A stretch of DNA of 15,676 nucleotides, taken from NCBI GenBank assembly GCA_052390515.1, contig JBQTGV010000042.1:1-15676 (forward strand), given 5' to 3'. Below the pieces are notes generated by a model. That model was not told the DNA's origin. It was given only the letters and a program-made list of their open reading frames with translations, and did no database searches. Position 1 is the stretch's first letter; each line of letters opens with the position of its first letter. Positions 8,102 through 15,307 of the stretch are shown here, piece after piece. A program made the translations under genes and the position numbers. The stretch comes from Candidatus Eiseniibacteriota bacterium (GTDB lineage: Bacteria > ARS69).

Positions 8102-8290
8102 CGTCTCCACGCTCGTCCATTCTCGGGTGCAGAACCCTACGGCGTGGTGAGCCGCCTTTGCTGCGGCGGGCACCGCGCCGTCTCCGTACGCTGCACCTCG
8201 TGACTGGAACGACAACGTCGCCGCATGGAGGGCCCCCAGACCGTGGTGAACGGGTCAGTTCTGGCGCACACACATCACCAGCAGTCCCAC

Positions 8291-8296
8291 AGGAGG
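8291..8296 (+). promoter_or_regulatory. Consensus Shine-Dalgarno for the major pilin
   Basis: AGGAGG lies 6 nt upstream of ATG 8303. Confidence 0.8.
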
Positions 8297-8302
8297 ATGT
8301 TC

Positions 8303-8764
8303 ATGCAGGCGATCCGTCGGATGTTCAACCGCAAGAGCCGCGCCTTCACGCTGGTCGAGGTCGTCATCGCGATGGCCATGGTCGCCGTGATCGCGGGTGC
8401 CGTCACCTTCACGATCCTCGCGAAGATCGCCGAGGCCAAGATCCAGCGCGGCCTCACCGAGATCGGCACCCTGGAGAAGGGCGTGGCGAGCTGGGTCTAC
8501 CGGACCGGCAACACGGACTACAGCGCGCTCACGGGGACGTCGGTCCTCACCAGCTCCGGCGCCGTCCCGGCCGGGCTGGGGAGCGCGACCGCCAACCCCT
8601 GGGGTGGGGCCTACAACGTCACTGGCTCGGGCAGCAGCTTCACGATCGAAGTGACGACCGTTCCGGCGAGCGCGTCGGGCGCGCTCCTCGCGGCCTTCGG
8701 CCCTCGGTCGACCGAGAGCTACAACAGCACCACCTCGGTGCTCACGCTGCAGTTCACGGAGTAG
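8303..8764 (+). CDS. Type IV major pilin (prepilin, 153 aa), PilS-like globular domain
   Basis: Basic leader MQAIRRMFNRKSRA|FTLVE with E+5 and a hydrophobic helix; NPWGGAY..FTIEVTTVP resembles PilS-type pilins. The perfect SD and flanking hairpins fit a highly expressed major subunit. Confidence 0.88.
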   Translation: MQAIRRMFNRKSRAFTLVEVVIAMAMVAVIAGAVTFTILAKIAEAKIQRGLTEIGTLEKGVASWVYRTGNTDYSALTGTSVLTSSGAVPAGLGSATANPWGGAYNVTGSGSSFTIEVTTVPASASGALLAAFGPRSTESYNSTTSVLTLQFTE

Positions 8765-8791
8765 CAGCAGCAGCGGACGGCACGGCCGTCA

Positions 8792-8833
8792 CCCGGCCGG
8801 CGGGGGCCCCGGCTCTCGTCGGCCGGGAGTTTC
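8792..8833 (+). terminator. Strong hairpin after the major pilin (partial terminator or 3' stabiliser)
   Basis: 16-bp stem, 8792-8807 with 8812-8827 (13 G-C and 3 G-U pairs, loop CCCG), followed by AGTTT. The G-U pairs favour a + strand RNA. A small GACGGC/GCCGTC hairpin precedes it at 8776-8790. Confidence 0.7.
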
Positions 8834-8939
8834 CCTGACGCCAAAACCACCCAGGACGGAAGATACCCATGCGCAAGGACGAAAATGAGATCTCGGTGAC
8901 CCCTCGCGGCCCGTCGCGGTCGCGCGCCGTTCTCGTCTA

Positions 8940-10118
8940 ATGCCGCCGCAGTCAGGCCGCCTCACCGGAATTCTCTGGGCTCCCCGTAATCTCGTCGCGA
9001 CTATCGGTCCAGAGGGTCTCGTCTGGATTCCGTTTCAGCACTTCGTGACCCGCGCGAAGACAATGCAGACGCGGCTGGCCTACTTCTCAGGGGACGACGC
9101 GGTGCGCACCTTGCCTGCCCATGCCACGGACGAGGAGATCCAGAAGGCCTTCGGCGCGTCGGACCTTGTCGCGGTCGAGCGGCTCCCCGCGCACCTCCAG
9201 ACCTTCGCGCTCAATGAGGTGGTCGTCGAGCAATTGCATCAGACGATCCCGACGCTCGAGGTGCTCACGCTCTATGCCGCCGTCCTACGGAACGCGATCG
9301 TCGACGTCCACGAGACGGCCGATGTACGGCCGACAGTCCGAGTGCTCGCCCACAGCACCGCAGACCAGCCGTGGATCTTCGCGTTCCGCGGGCCGCTGGT
9401 CGCGCAGGTGCGCCCGAGCGAACTCGACATGCTGCTCGTCGACGTCCGGCAGACGCTCGGGGCGATGGAATTCGACCCGAAGACCGATCGTATCCTCGCG
9501 ACGGCGACGGAACGTGAGGCGCTGGCGCTGCTGGGCGAGGTGGAGCGGTTCGACTTGTCGGCGCTCCTGACCTGGTTCGCCGATGCGCCCGTCGAGACCT
9601 TGCCGCGATTCGCGCCCGCCAAGTCGCGGGAGCGCGAGCATCTCGCCCTCAACGCCTCACGGCGGCGCTTCATCCTGGGGGCCGGGGTCGGCGCCGTGGG
9701 GCTCCTTCTGCCAGCCGGCGGTTGGACCTGGCTGGAACGCATGCGCGCCGAGTGGCTGCGCCAAGACGTCGCCAACGAGCGGCGCGAGCTCGACACCGCC
9801 ATTCAGGACCTTCGGATCCGCAACTACGGGGCGCTCCTTCGTCGTCGCGAGCCGGACTGGGCCGACGTGCTCCTGGCGCTGAGCCGCGCATGGCCCGACG
9901 GGCTGCAACTGGAGACCTTCACGGTCACAAGCCTGAAAGGGCAACGCTGGGAGGTCCGTGCGACGGGCGTCACTACGGACGACGAGGGCACCTCAGGGAT
10001 GCAACTCGCGACCGAACTGCGCGCGCGCCTACAGGGCGACCCCGTATGGCGCAAGACCAGCGTCACGCCGGCGTTCGTGAAGAGCCGTGTCGGCGTCATC
10101 ATCACGCTGAGCGTGTGA
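8940..10118 (+). CDS. Pilus alignment-complex protein, GspL-like / PilM-PilN fusion-like
   Basis: About 240-aa soluble N-terminal region, one TM helix (FILGAGVGAVGLLLPAGGWTWL), a coiled coil, and PilN-type WADVLLALSRAWPDGLQLETFTV; lies before the PilO-like gene. Confidence 0.65.
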   Translation: MPPQSGRLTGILWAPRNLVATIGPEGLVWIPFQHFVTRAKTMQTRLAYFSGDDAVRTLPAHATDEEIQKAFGASDLVAVERLPAHLQTFALNEVVVEQLHQTIPTLEVLTLYAAVLRNAIVDVHETADVRPTVRVLAHSTADQPWIFAFRGPLVAQVRPSELDMLLVDVRQTLGAMEFDPKTDRILATATEREALALLGEVERFDLSALLTWFADAPVETLPRFAPAKSREREHLALNASRRRFILGAGVGAVGLLLPAGGWTWLERMRAEWLRQDVANERRELDTAIQDLRIRNYGALLRRREPDWADVLLALSRAWPDGLQLETFTVTSLKGQRWEVRATGVTTDDEGTSGMQLATELRARLQGDPVWRKTSVTPAFVKSRVGVIITLSV

Positions 10119-10119
10119 C

Positions 10120-10683
10120 ATGAAGATCCGAGAACTCCTCTCCTTCGAGCGCATGGCTGCTGCGTTCGGCGTGCTCAGCGTCCTCGGCACCGCCGGATGG
10201 TGGATGCATCGAGAGACGCGGACCAAGGACGACGTGCTGCATCAAGGCGAGGCCCAGCTTGGCCCCCTGCGTCGCGAGCGTGGCGCGCTGGCCTCCGTTC
10301 TCGCGTCGCCGTATCCACGTCGACGGCTGATGGTGGCGTACGCGGATGCCATGCGGTACCTCACAGACCTGCTGCCTGCGCTCGATCTCGAGGCGCGCAT
10401 CGCCATGCCGCCTGGTGACGGCACGGCCATCGCCCAGAACTTCATCACGACGGAGTGGCCAGAGATTCGCGCAGTACCGCTGACGATCGAGTTCTCGTTC
10501 TGGACGTATCCGGGCGTCATCCGGCTCCTCCAGGCCTTGCGGGAGCGCTATCCGATGTCGCTCCAGGAACTGACGCTCGGAGGAACGCAGTCCCGCCTCG
10601 TCGTCCTCTTGTACGGCGAGTCGTCGGCGCAGGACGAGGCGGGGGCGAGCAGCGCGGCGCCGCGACGCCCGAGACGGCGATGA
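10120..10683 (+). CDS. PilO/GspM-like bitopic membrane protein
   Basis: N-terminal TM helix, coiled segment, and C-terminal VPLTIEFSFWTYPGVIRLLQAL..MSLQELTL typical of the PilO ferredoxin-like fold; synteny agrees. Confidence 0.65.
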   Translation: MKIRELLSFERMAAAFGVLSVLGTAGWWMHRETRTKDDVLHQGEAQLGPLRRERGALASVLASPYPRRRLMVAYADAMRYLTDLLPALDLEARIAMPPGDGTAIAQNFITTEWPEIRAVPLTIEFSFWTYPGVIRLLQALRERYPMSLQELTLGGTQSRLVVLLYGESSAQDEAGASSAAPRRPRRR

Positions 10684-10717
10684 GCCTGCACGCGACGAGG
10701 AAGAGGGAGACGAGAGT

Positions 10718-11599
10718 ATGCAACTGCCACTGACGAGGCTCGCCAGTTCATTCCGCGGGCGGGGCCACGGGGACGGCGCCCAACGCTGGAAGCGCGTCCT
10801 GGCCCTGGGGGCCACGGCCGCGATGATCGTTGTCGGAAGCGCGGTCTGGAGGACGGTGAGCGTCAGCGGCCTATGGCCCTCGTCGCCGACCCGGTCAGCC
10901 GCGGCGCGGCCCGCGCCCGCGCCATCGCCGGCCGCTGTTGCGCGGCCGGCGCCCCCCACCGTGAACGTCCCGCCCCCGGCAGCGCTGGCTCCCGCGCCGG
11001 CTCCGACGACGGCCGCGTCGTCCGCGCCGACGCTCCCACCCGCCCCCGCGGCGGATCCTCGTCTTGCGGGCATCCCGGATCCGTTCGAGGGGCAGATGGG
11101 TGGACACCCGTCGCTCAGGATGCTCGAGCGACAGCTGAAGATCACCGAAGCGCAGATCAAGCTCGCGCGGCTGAACCAGCAGCTGAGGGAGGAACTCCGC
11201 GAGGGCCAGCCCGACGAGAAGAGGCCCGATCTGATCGCGCGCGGCCGTCTCCCGGCGCCTCCGACCGCCGGCCTGCCAGTGCCGCCGCCACCCACTGCGG
11301 GCCTGCCGCCGCTGTCGACCCCGCCGCTCGCGCAACCTCCGGTCGCGCAAGCGTCGGCGCCGCCTGCGCCGCCAAAGGTGGAGCCGGTGAAGGACTGGCC
11401 ACGGGTGCGCGCGGTGGCACGGGGACGCGGCCACCAGTTCGCGATCGTTCAGCACGGCTCCGTCGTCCGGCAGGTCGCGTACAAGGAGCGGTTCGCGAAC
11501 TTCATCGTGGAGGAGATCTCGCACGACGGGGTGCAGTTCGTGCACGAGCCAACGCACCAGGCGCAGTTCGTCACGCTCTCGACGCTCGATCTCAAGTAG
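10718..11599 (+). CDS. PilP/GspC-like protein with Pro-rich linkers
   Basis: SD-like GGAG upstream; N-terminal hydrophobic segment, PDPF motif, coiled coil LERQLKITEAQIKLARLNQQL, and a C-terminal beta domain RVRAVARG..FAIVQ..FIVEEISHDGVQF. Confidence 0.65.
   Translation: MQLPLTRLASSFRGRGHGDGAQRWKRVLALGATAAMIVVGSAVWRTVSVSGLWPSSPTRSAAARPAPAPSPAAVARPAPPTVNVPPPAALAPAPAPTTAASSAPTLPPAPAADPRLAGIPDPFEGQMGGHPSLRMLERQLKITEAQIKLARLNQQLREELREGQPDEKRPDLIARGRLPAPPTAGLPVPPPPTAGLPPLSTPPLAQPPVAQASAPPAPPKVEPVKDWPRVRAVARGRGHQFAIVQHGSVVRQVAYKERFANFIVEEISHDGVQFVHEPTHQAQFVTLSTLDLK
11258..11311 (+). repeat. Peptide-level tandem repeat PPTAGLP x2 in the PilP-like linker
   Basis: PPTAGLPVPPPPTAGLPP, with synonymous divergence between the two copies. 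Confidence 0.6.
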
Positions 11600-11604
11600 G
11601 CGGC

Positions 11605-12078
11605 GTGGCCCATTCGCGCGCGTCAGCGCCCGGCTTTGCGTTGCTCGAGGTGCTCGTCGCGGTTGCGGTGATCGCGTTCGTAATCGGCGCAGTCATGCCG
11701 TCTGGACAACGCCGTCTGGACACGGCACGGCTGGAGCGAACGCTGAGGGACCTTGAAGTCCTCCGGGAAGGCCTCCAACGGGTGGAGGAAGCCTCTGGGG
11801 CTTGGCCAGCGACGCGCGACGAGTTGCACGGCCGCGTCATCAGCGAGGGGGTGGCACTGCAGACGCCCTGGGGGACTCCCTACCTGCTCATGCAGGACGG
11901 CTCCGACGTCTCCCTGGCGGCCGACATCCCGGTAGGGCTGGAAAGCGGGACATCGCTCGGAGCGTGGATCGCCGTCCTCAACCTCGGCGGCGGCATGTCC
12001 CGCCTGATCGGGGCCGTTCGGCCGTCCGCCGCGCAGGCTGAGGTGTCGCTGGAACGGCGCCGGGTCCAGGGCGACTGA
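11605..12078 (+). CDS. Minor pilin / GspG-like pseudopilin (157 aa)
   Basis: GTG 11605 lies 5 nt after the previous stop. Leader MAHSRASAPG|FALLEVLVAVAVIAFVIGAV, then WP and TPWGTPY motifs (compare GspG DPWGxPY). The track's 10873 start overlaps the PilP-like gene and is rejected. Confidence 0.85.
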   Translation: MAHSRASAPGFALLEVLVAVAVIAFVIGAVMPSGQRRLDTARLERTLRDLEVLREGLQRVEEASGAWPATRDELHGRVISEGVALQTPWGTPYLLMQDGSDVSLAADIPVGLESGTSLGAWIAVLNLGGGMSRLIGAVRPSAAQAEVSLERRRVQGD

Positions 12079-12193
12079 GAGCTGCCCTCAGCGGACGAGC
12101 CTGAAGGTCCCTTCGGCCACGGCGCAACTCTGCGCCGAGGGTGAGCCTTCATCGCGCCTCTCGGCCTGCCGCCTCCGCACCCAGGATGCAGGC

Positions 12194-12922
12194 ATGCGCG
12201 CTCCGTCACGTTCGCGATTGTCCCACCCATGGCGTTGTGGATTCTCCCTCCTCGAGGTCGCCATCGCGCTCGCGGTGCTCGGGATCATCGCAGGGGCAAT
12301 TACGCCGCTGATCATCCAGCGCGCACGGGACGAGGCGGCGCGGCAGTCGGCGCGCGAGATGCTCGCGCTGCTCGATGCCGCGAAGAACTTCTACGTGTCG
12401 CAGCCGATCAACGCGCTCCGCTGGCCCGAGGACCTCGCCGAGCTTCAGGCCGACGGGTTCGTGCCGGGCGACTTCTCCGGCATCACCCGCTTCGGCACGG
12501 CGTACGGGACGTCCTCAAACCCCGCGACCTTTTCGGTCCGCGCGATCTTTCCGACCGCCATCACGCCAGGCATCGCGCGCGCGCTTCCGTTCAGTGCGAT
12601 GACCGCCGCGGAGGGCGGGACGGAGGTCGCGGCGTCGGTCCCCGCCCCGGGGCTCTCCGCGGACCTCTCGCAGGTGCTGCATCGCGCCGGGACCGGGATG
12701 GAATCGACGATGTACGGGCCGCTGAAGATCGAGGACGGCACGCAGGGCCAGTATCGCGTCCTGATGTCCGATGTCGACGGCGTGGGGCGCTGGAGGCCCC
12801 TACTCGCGCCGGACGCCGTCATCTACTTCGCCAGGGTGGCGTGCCCGGAGGGCTGGTCAGACTCCGCCGGCGCGCTACCGCCTCGGCAGGGCCTTATCGC
12901 CTGCCGAAAGGACACGCCGTGA
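12194..12922 (+). CDS. Minor pilin with C-terminal extension; candidate tip adhesin (PilV-like position)
   Basis: G|FSLLEVAIALAVLGIIAGAITP prepilin motif, AAKNFYV..WPEDLAEL, and an extra C-terminal module with a Cys pair (CPEGW...LIACRK). Confidence 0.85.
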   Translation: MRAPSRSRLSHPWRCGFSLLEVAIALAVLGIIAGAITPLIIQRARDEAARQSAREMLALLDAAKNFYVSQPINALRWPEDLAELQADGFVPGDFSGITRFGTAYGTSSNPATFSVRAIFPTAITPGIARALPFSAMTAAEGGTEVAASVPAPGLSADLSQVLHRAGTGMESTMYGPLKIEDGTQGQYRVLMSDVDGVGRWRPLLAPDAVIYFARVACPEGWSDSAGALPPRQGLIACRKDTP

Positions 12923-12997
12923 GTGCATGCGGTTGTGGGTTCGCACCACGAGCATTCCGATGAGCGGTGTTCGCTCCGCGGTGGAAGGGAGGTACGC

Positions 12998-14002
12998 ATG
13001 AGGTCCACGGTCCTCGTTGCGCTCGCGATGCTCGGACTGGCCCCTAGCGGCGCCGCGGCGGAGCTGAGCGGGTTCTTTGCGTGTCAGCAGATCGTCTTCT
13101 TCGGGCCGTGCCCGAAGGCCGAGCCCGTGAAGACTGCTGGACCGACGCCGCCCGCACCGCCGGCCGAGAAGACCGCGGCGGCCTCGCAGGTCGTCGTGCA
13201 GCCGGCGCCCGCGCCGACCACGCCTCCTGGCGCGCCGCGCGAGCGCGTGGAGGAGTCGCTGTGGGCGGAGCCCATGAAGGGGCCGGACGGCCAGCTCCGC
13301 GTCTACGTGCCGCCGAAGCCCGTCCGCGACTTCCTGGAGAAGCCGACCGCCGAGAACGCGCGCGCGTATCTCGGGTGGAACCAGGCGCGCATGCGGAAGA
13401 TGGACGAGGCGGTCGACGTGCTCCGTGAGGTCTCGGCGCGGCACTTCGGGACCACGGCTCCAGCCCCCGAGGGTCCGCCGATCCGCGGCCCGCTCCGGGT
13501 GGCGCCGACGCCAGAGCCCGCGCTGCGTCTGCCCGTGCTTCCCGGCCCCGGCCTCACGCCGAGTCCGACCATCCCGACACCGCAGCGTGGCCCGATCCTG
13601 GTCAACGCGCCGAGCCCTGAGGGAGCCACGCGCGCCATCTCGGTGCTCTACGCGTTCGCGCCGTGGTGTCAGTATTCGCGCCAGCAGACCCCGATCATGA
13701 ATCGGCTCGCGGCGCACCTTCCAATCCGATCGCTCGTGTTCGATGCGACGCGCGACGACCTCGAGATGCTCCGTGGCGCCCTTGCGTTCGCCGTCGCGCC
13801 TGGCACCTCGGAGCAACGACGACAGCTCGCCATCCAGAGCTATCCGACTACGTTCTTCCTCGAGGGGACGCGAGTCGTCCACGTCGCGCGCGGGTTGCAG
13901 TCGGCAGAGCAGCTCGTCACCACGCTGGCGACCTTGGCCGGTCGGCAGCCGTTGCCGGTGAACGCCGTCGCACCCGACGAGACGTGCCAGGTGAAGACAT
14001 GA
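12998..14002 (+). CDS. traF: TraF-family periplasmic thioredoxin-fold conjugative pilus assembly protein
   Basis: SD GGGAGG before ATG 12998; Sec signal MRSTVLVALAMLGLAPSGAAA; TraF-like FLEKPTAENARAYLGW; thioredoxin fold FAPWCQYSRQQTPI...IQSYPTTFF..ARGLQS; precedes traH/traG-like genes. Confidence 0.72.
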   Translation: MRSTVLVALAMLGLAPSGAAAELSGFFACQQIVFFGPCPKAEPVKTAGPTPPAPPAEKTAAASQVVVQPAPAPTTPPGAPRERVEESLWAEPMKGPDGQLRVYVPPKPVRDFLEKPTAENARAYLGWNQARMRKMDEAVDVLREVSARHFGTTAPAPEGPPIRGPLRVAPTPEPALRLPVLPGPGLTPSPTIPTPQRGPILVNAPSPEGATRAISVLYAFAPWCQYSRQQTPIMNRLAAHLPIRSLVFDATRDDLEMLRGALAFAVAPGTSEQRRQLAIQSYPTTFFLEGTRVVHVARGLQSAEQLVTTLATLAGRQPLPVNAVAPDETCQVKT

Positions 14003-15300
14003 GGAGATTCGCCGTGCGTCTGCATGCCTCGTGGACGGTGGTGGCCATCGGGGCGCTCGTCCTTCTGTGCGCCGCCCCCGCCCGCGCCGACCTCTGGAGC
14101 TGGGACCAGATGGTGCGACAGAGCACGCCGGACAGCCAGTTCCAGTACCTCGATAGCGCGAGTCAGTCAGGCCTCACGTACCGCGGCAACCCGGGGTTGC
14201 CGCTGCCCCGGCCCGATGGCGGAGGAGGCACGATCGGCCAGATCTCGGGCAGCACCGGCCGCGGCTGCGGCATCGACTTCGCGAGCGAGTTCACCGCGCT
14301 CTTCAACGTCAACGCGCTCGAAAGTTACTTCAAGGGCCTGGCCTCATCGGCGATCTCCGCGGCCCCCCTCGTGCTCATGTGCTACGCCTCGCCGACGCTC
14401 TGCGATGCCTACAAGCACTTCAAGGCGATGGCCTCGGGGCTCCTGCAGGCCCGCGCGGCCGAGTGTCAGGCGGTCGAGCAGGCGGCGATGGGCATCGGCG
14501 ACAAGATGGCGAAGAAGCGGGAGCTCGAGTGCATCGAGGAGAAGACGGCCGCCGGCGTCCCGCGCTATCAGGCGCAGGACGACTGTCGCGCGGTGGCCGC
14601 CTCCGAGATCGTCGGGTTTGACATGAAGAAGGTGCCGAACGTGAACGTCACCGAGGATGGGCTCAAACACGTTGGCGCCAGCCCGGAAACGCAAGAGTTC
14701 GCTAAGGCGATCCTCGGGGACATCTCGTTCAAGACGAGTGGCAGTGGGCGCCAGACGGAACTGAAGAAGGTCCCCGTCGACGGCGTCGAGCGCGAGTGGG
14801 GCCGCCTCTATCAGGACTACGTGGACGAACTCACGACGCTGATCGACACGGTCGCTCAGGGTGGCGTGCCCCAGCCCGACGCCTTGCGGAAGGTCTCGGC
14901 TCCCGGGGTGCCGATCACACAGAGCGTGCTGCAGCAGATCGTGCTGGAGCCCCCGCACACACGGGCGATCGTCATTCAGCAGATCGCCAGCGCGTTGACG
15001 CGCGCGCGGCTCGACTTCGAGTTCCACCGGCTGCGTGTCCACCTGGCCGAGGCGGCACGGAGTGCCGCGGCGTCGAACCAGACCCAGGAGGAGATCGAGC
15101 GGCAGCTCCGCGTTGTCGACGCGCTCCGCGCGCGCCTGCCCGCGCTCAAGGAATCGCAGGACGATCTCGTCGCGGTCCTGCGGCAGATGGAGCGCCGCGC
15201 CGCGGAGGAGCGGGCCACAGCCCGAGGCCGGACGCCCGTCGTGACCGTGCCCGACCCGCACGTCGATCTCGGCGGCGGGCTGAAGCTCCGGCCGCGATAA
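13999..15300 (+). CDS. traH: TraH-like (TraH / PFL_4711-type) secreted conjugative transfer protein
   Basis: Signal peptide ending APARA|D. GCGIDF..SAAPLVLMCYASPTLCDAY..ECQAVE resembles TraH GCGGID..CPQC..SCEAA; C-terminal coiled coil. Start is ATG 13999 (ATGA overlap with traF) or GTG 14014 (SD GAGGAG 14001-14006). Confidence 0.65.
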   Translation: MRRFAVRLHASWTVVAIGALVLLCAAPARADLWSWDQMVRQSTPDSQFQYLDSASQSGLTYRGNPGLPLPRPDGGGGTIGQISGSTGRGCGIDFASEFTALFNVNALESYFKGLASSAISAAPLVLMCYASPTLCDAYKHFKAMASGLLQARAAECQAVEQAAMGIGDKMAKKRELECIEEKTAAGVPRYQAQDDCRAVAASEIVGFDMKKVPNVNVTEDGLKHVGASPETQEFAKAILGDISFKTSGSGRQTELKKVPVDGVEREWGRLYQDYVDELTTLIDTVAQGGVPQPDALRKVSAPGVPITQSVLQQIVLEPPHTRAIVIQQIASALTRARLDFEFHRLRVHLAEAARSAAASNQTQEEIERQLRVVDALRARLPALKESQDDLVAVLRQMERRAAEERATARGRTPVVTVPDPHVDLGGGLKLRPR

Positions 15301-15307
15301 TCGGCCG

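Noticed and set aside
2591-8215. Long minus-strand ORFs (2591-4474, 4426-6663, 6353-8215), and likewise 10102-11295, 12875-13882 and 14344-15366
   Set aside because: They are antisense shadows of well-supported + strand genes in GC-rich DNA, with no recognisable motifs.
10873-11604. Upstream extension of the 401-aa ORF, and similarly 13663-13998 and 4264-4467
   Set aside because: These overlap the preceding real genes; the prepilin, signal-peptide or domain starts lie downstream.
12090-12142. Hammerhead-like core (CGGACGA before a hairpin)
   Set aside because: It mismatches CUGANGA and has no GAAA after stem II.
2738-12922. Plain chromosomal T2SS (gsp) operon
   Set aside because: There is no GspH/I/J/K set or GspG-first order, the major pilin is PilS-like, and the cluster is flanked by tra genes. 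T4P is preferred, although not proven.
12194-12997. R64-type shufflon after the PilV-like gene
   Set aside because: No repeated sfx-like sites, inverted C-terminal cassettes or recombinase; traF follows directly.
5611-14027. Recurrent GCATGC palindromes at gene junctions
   Set aside because: The hexamer also occurs inside genes and arises trivially from GC-ATG-C start contexts.
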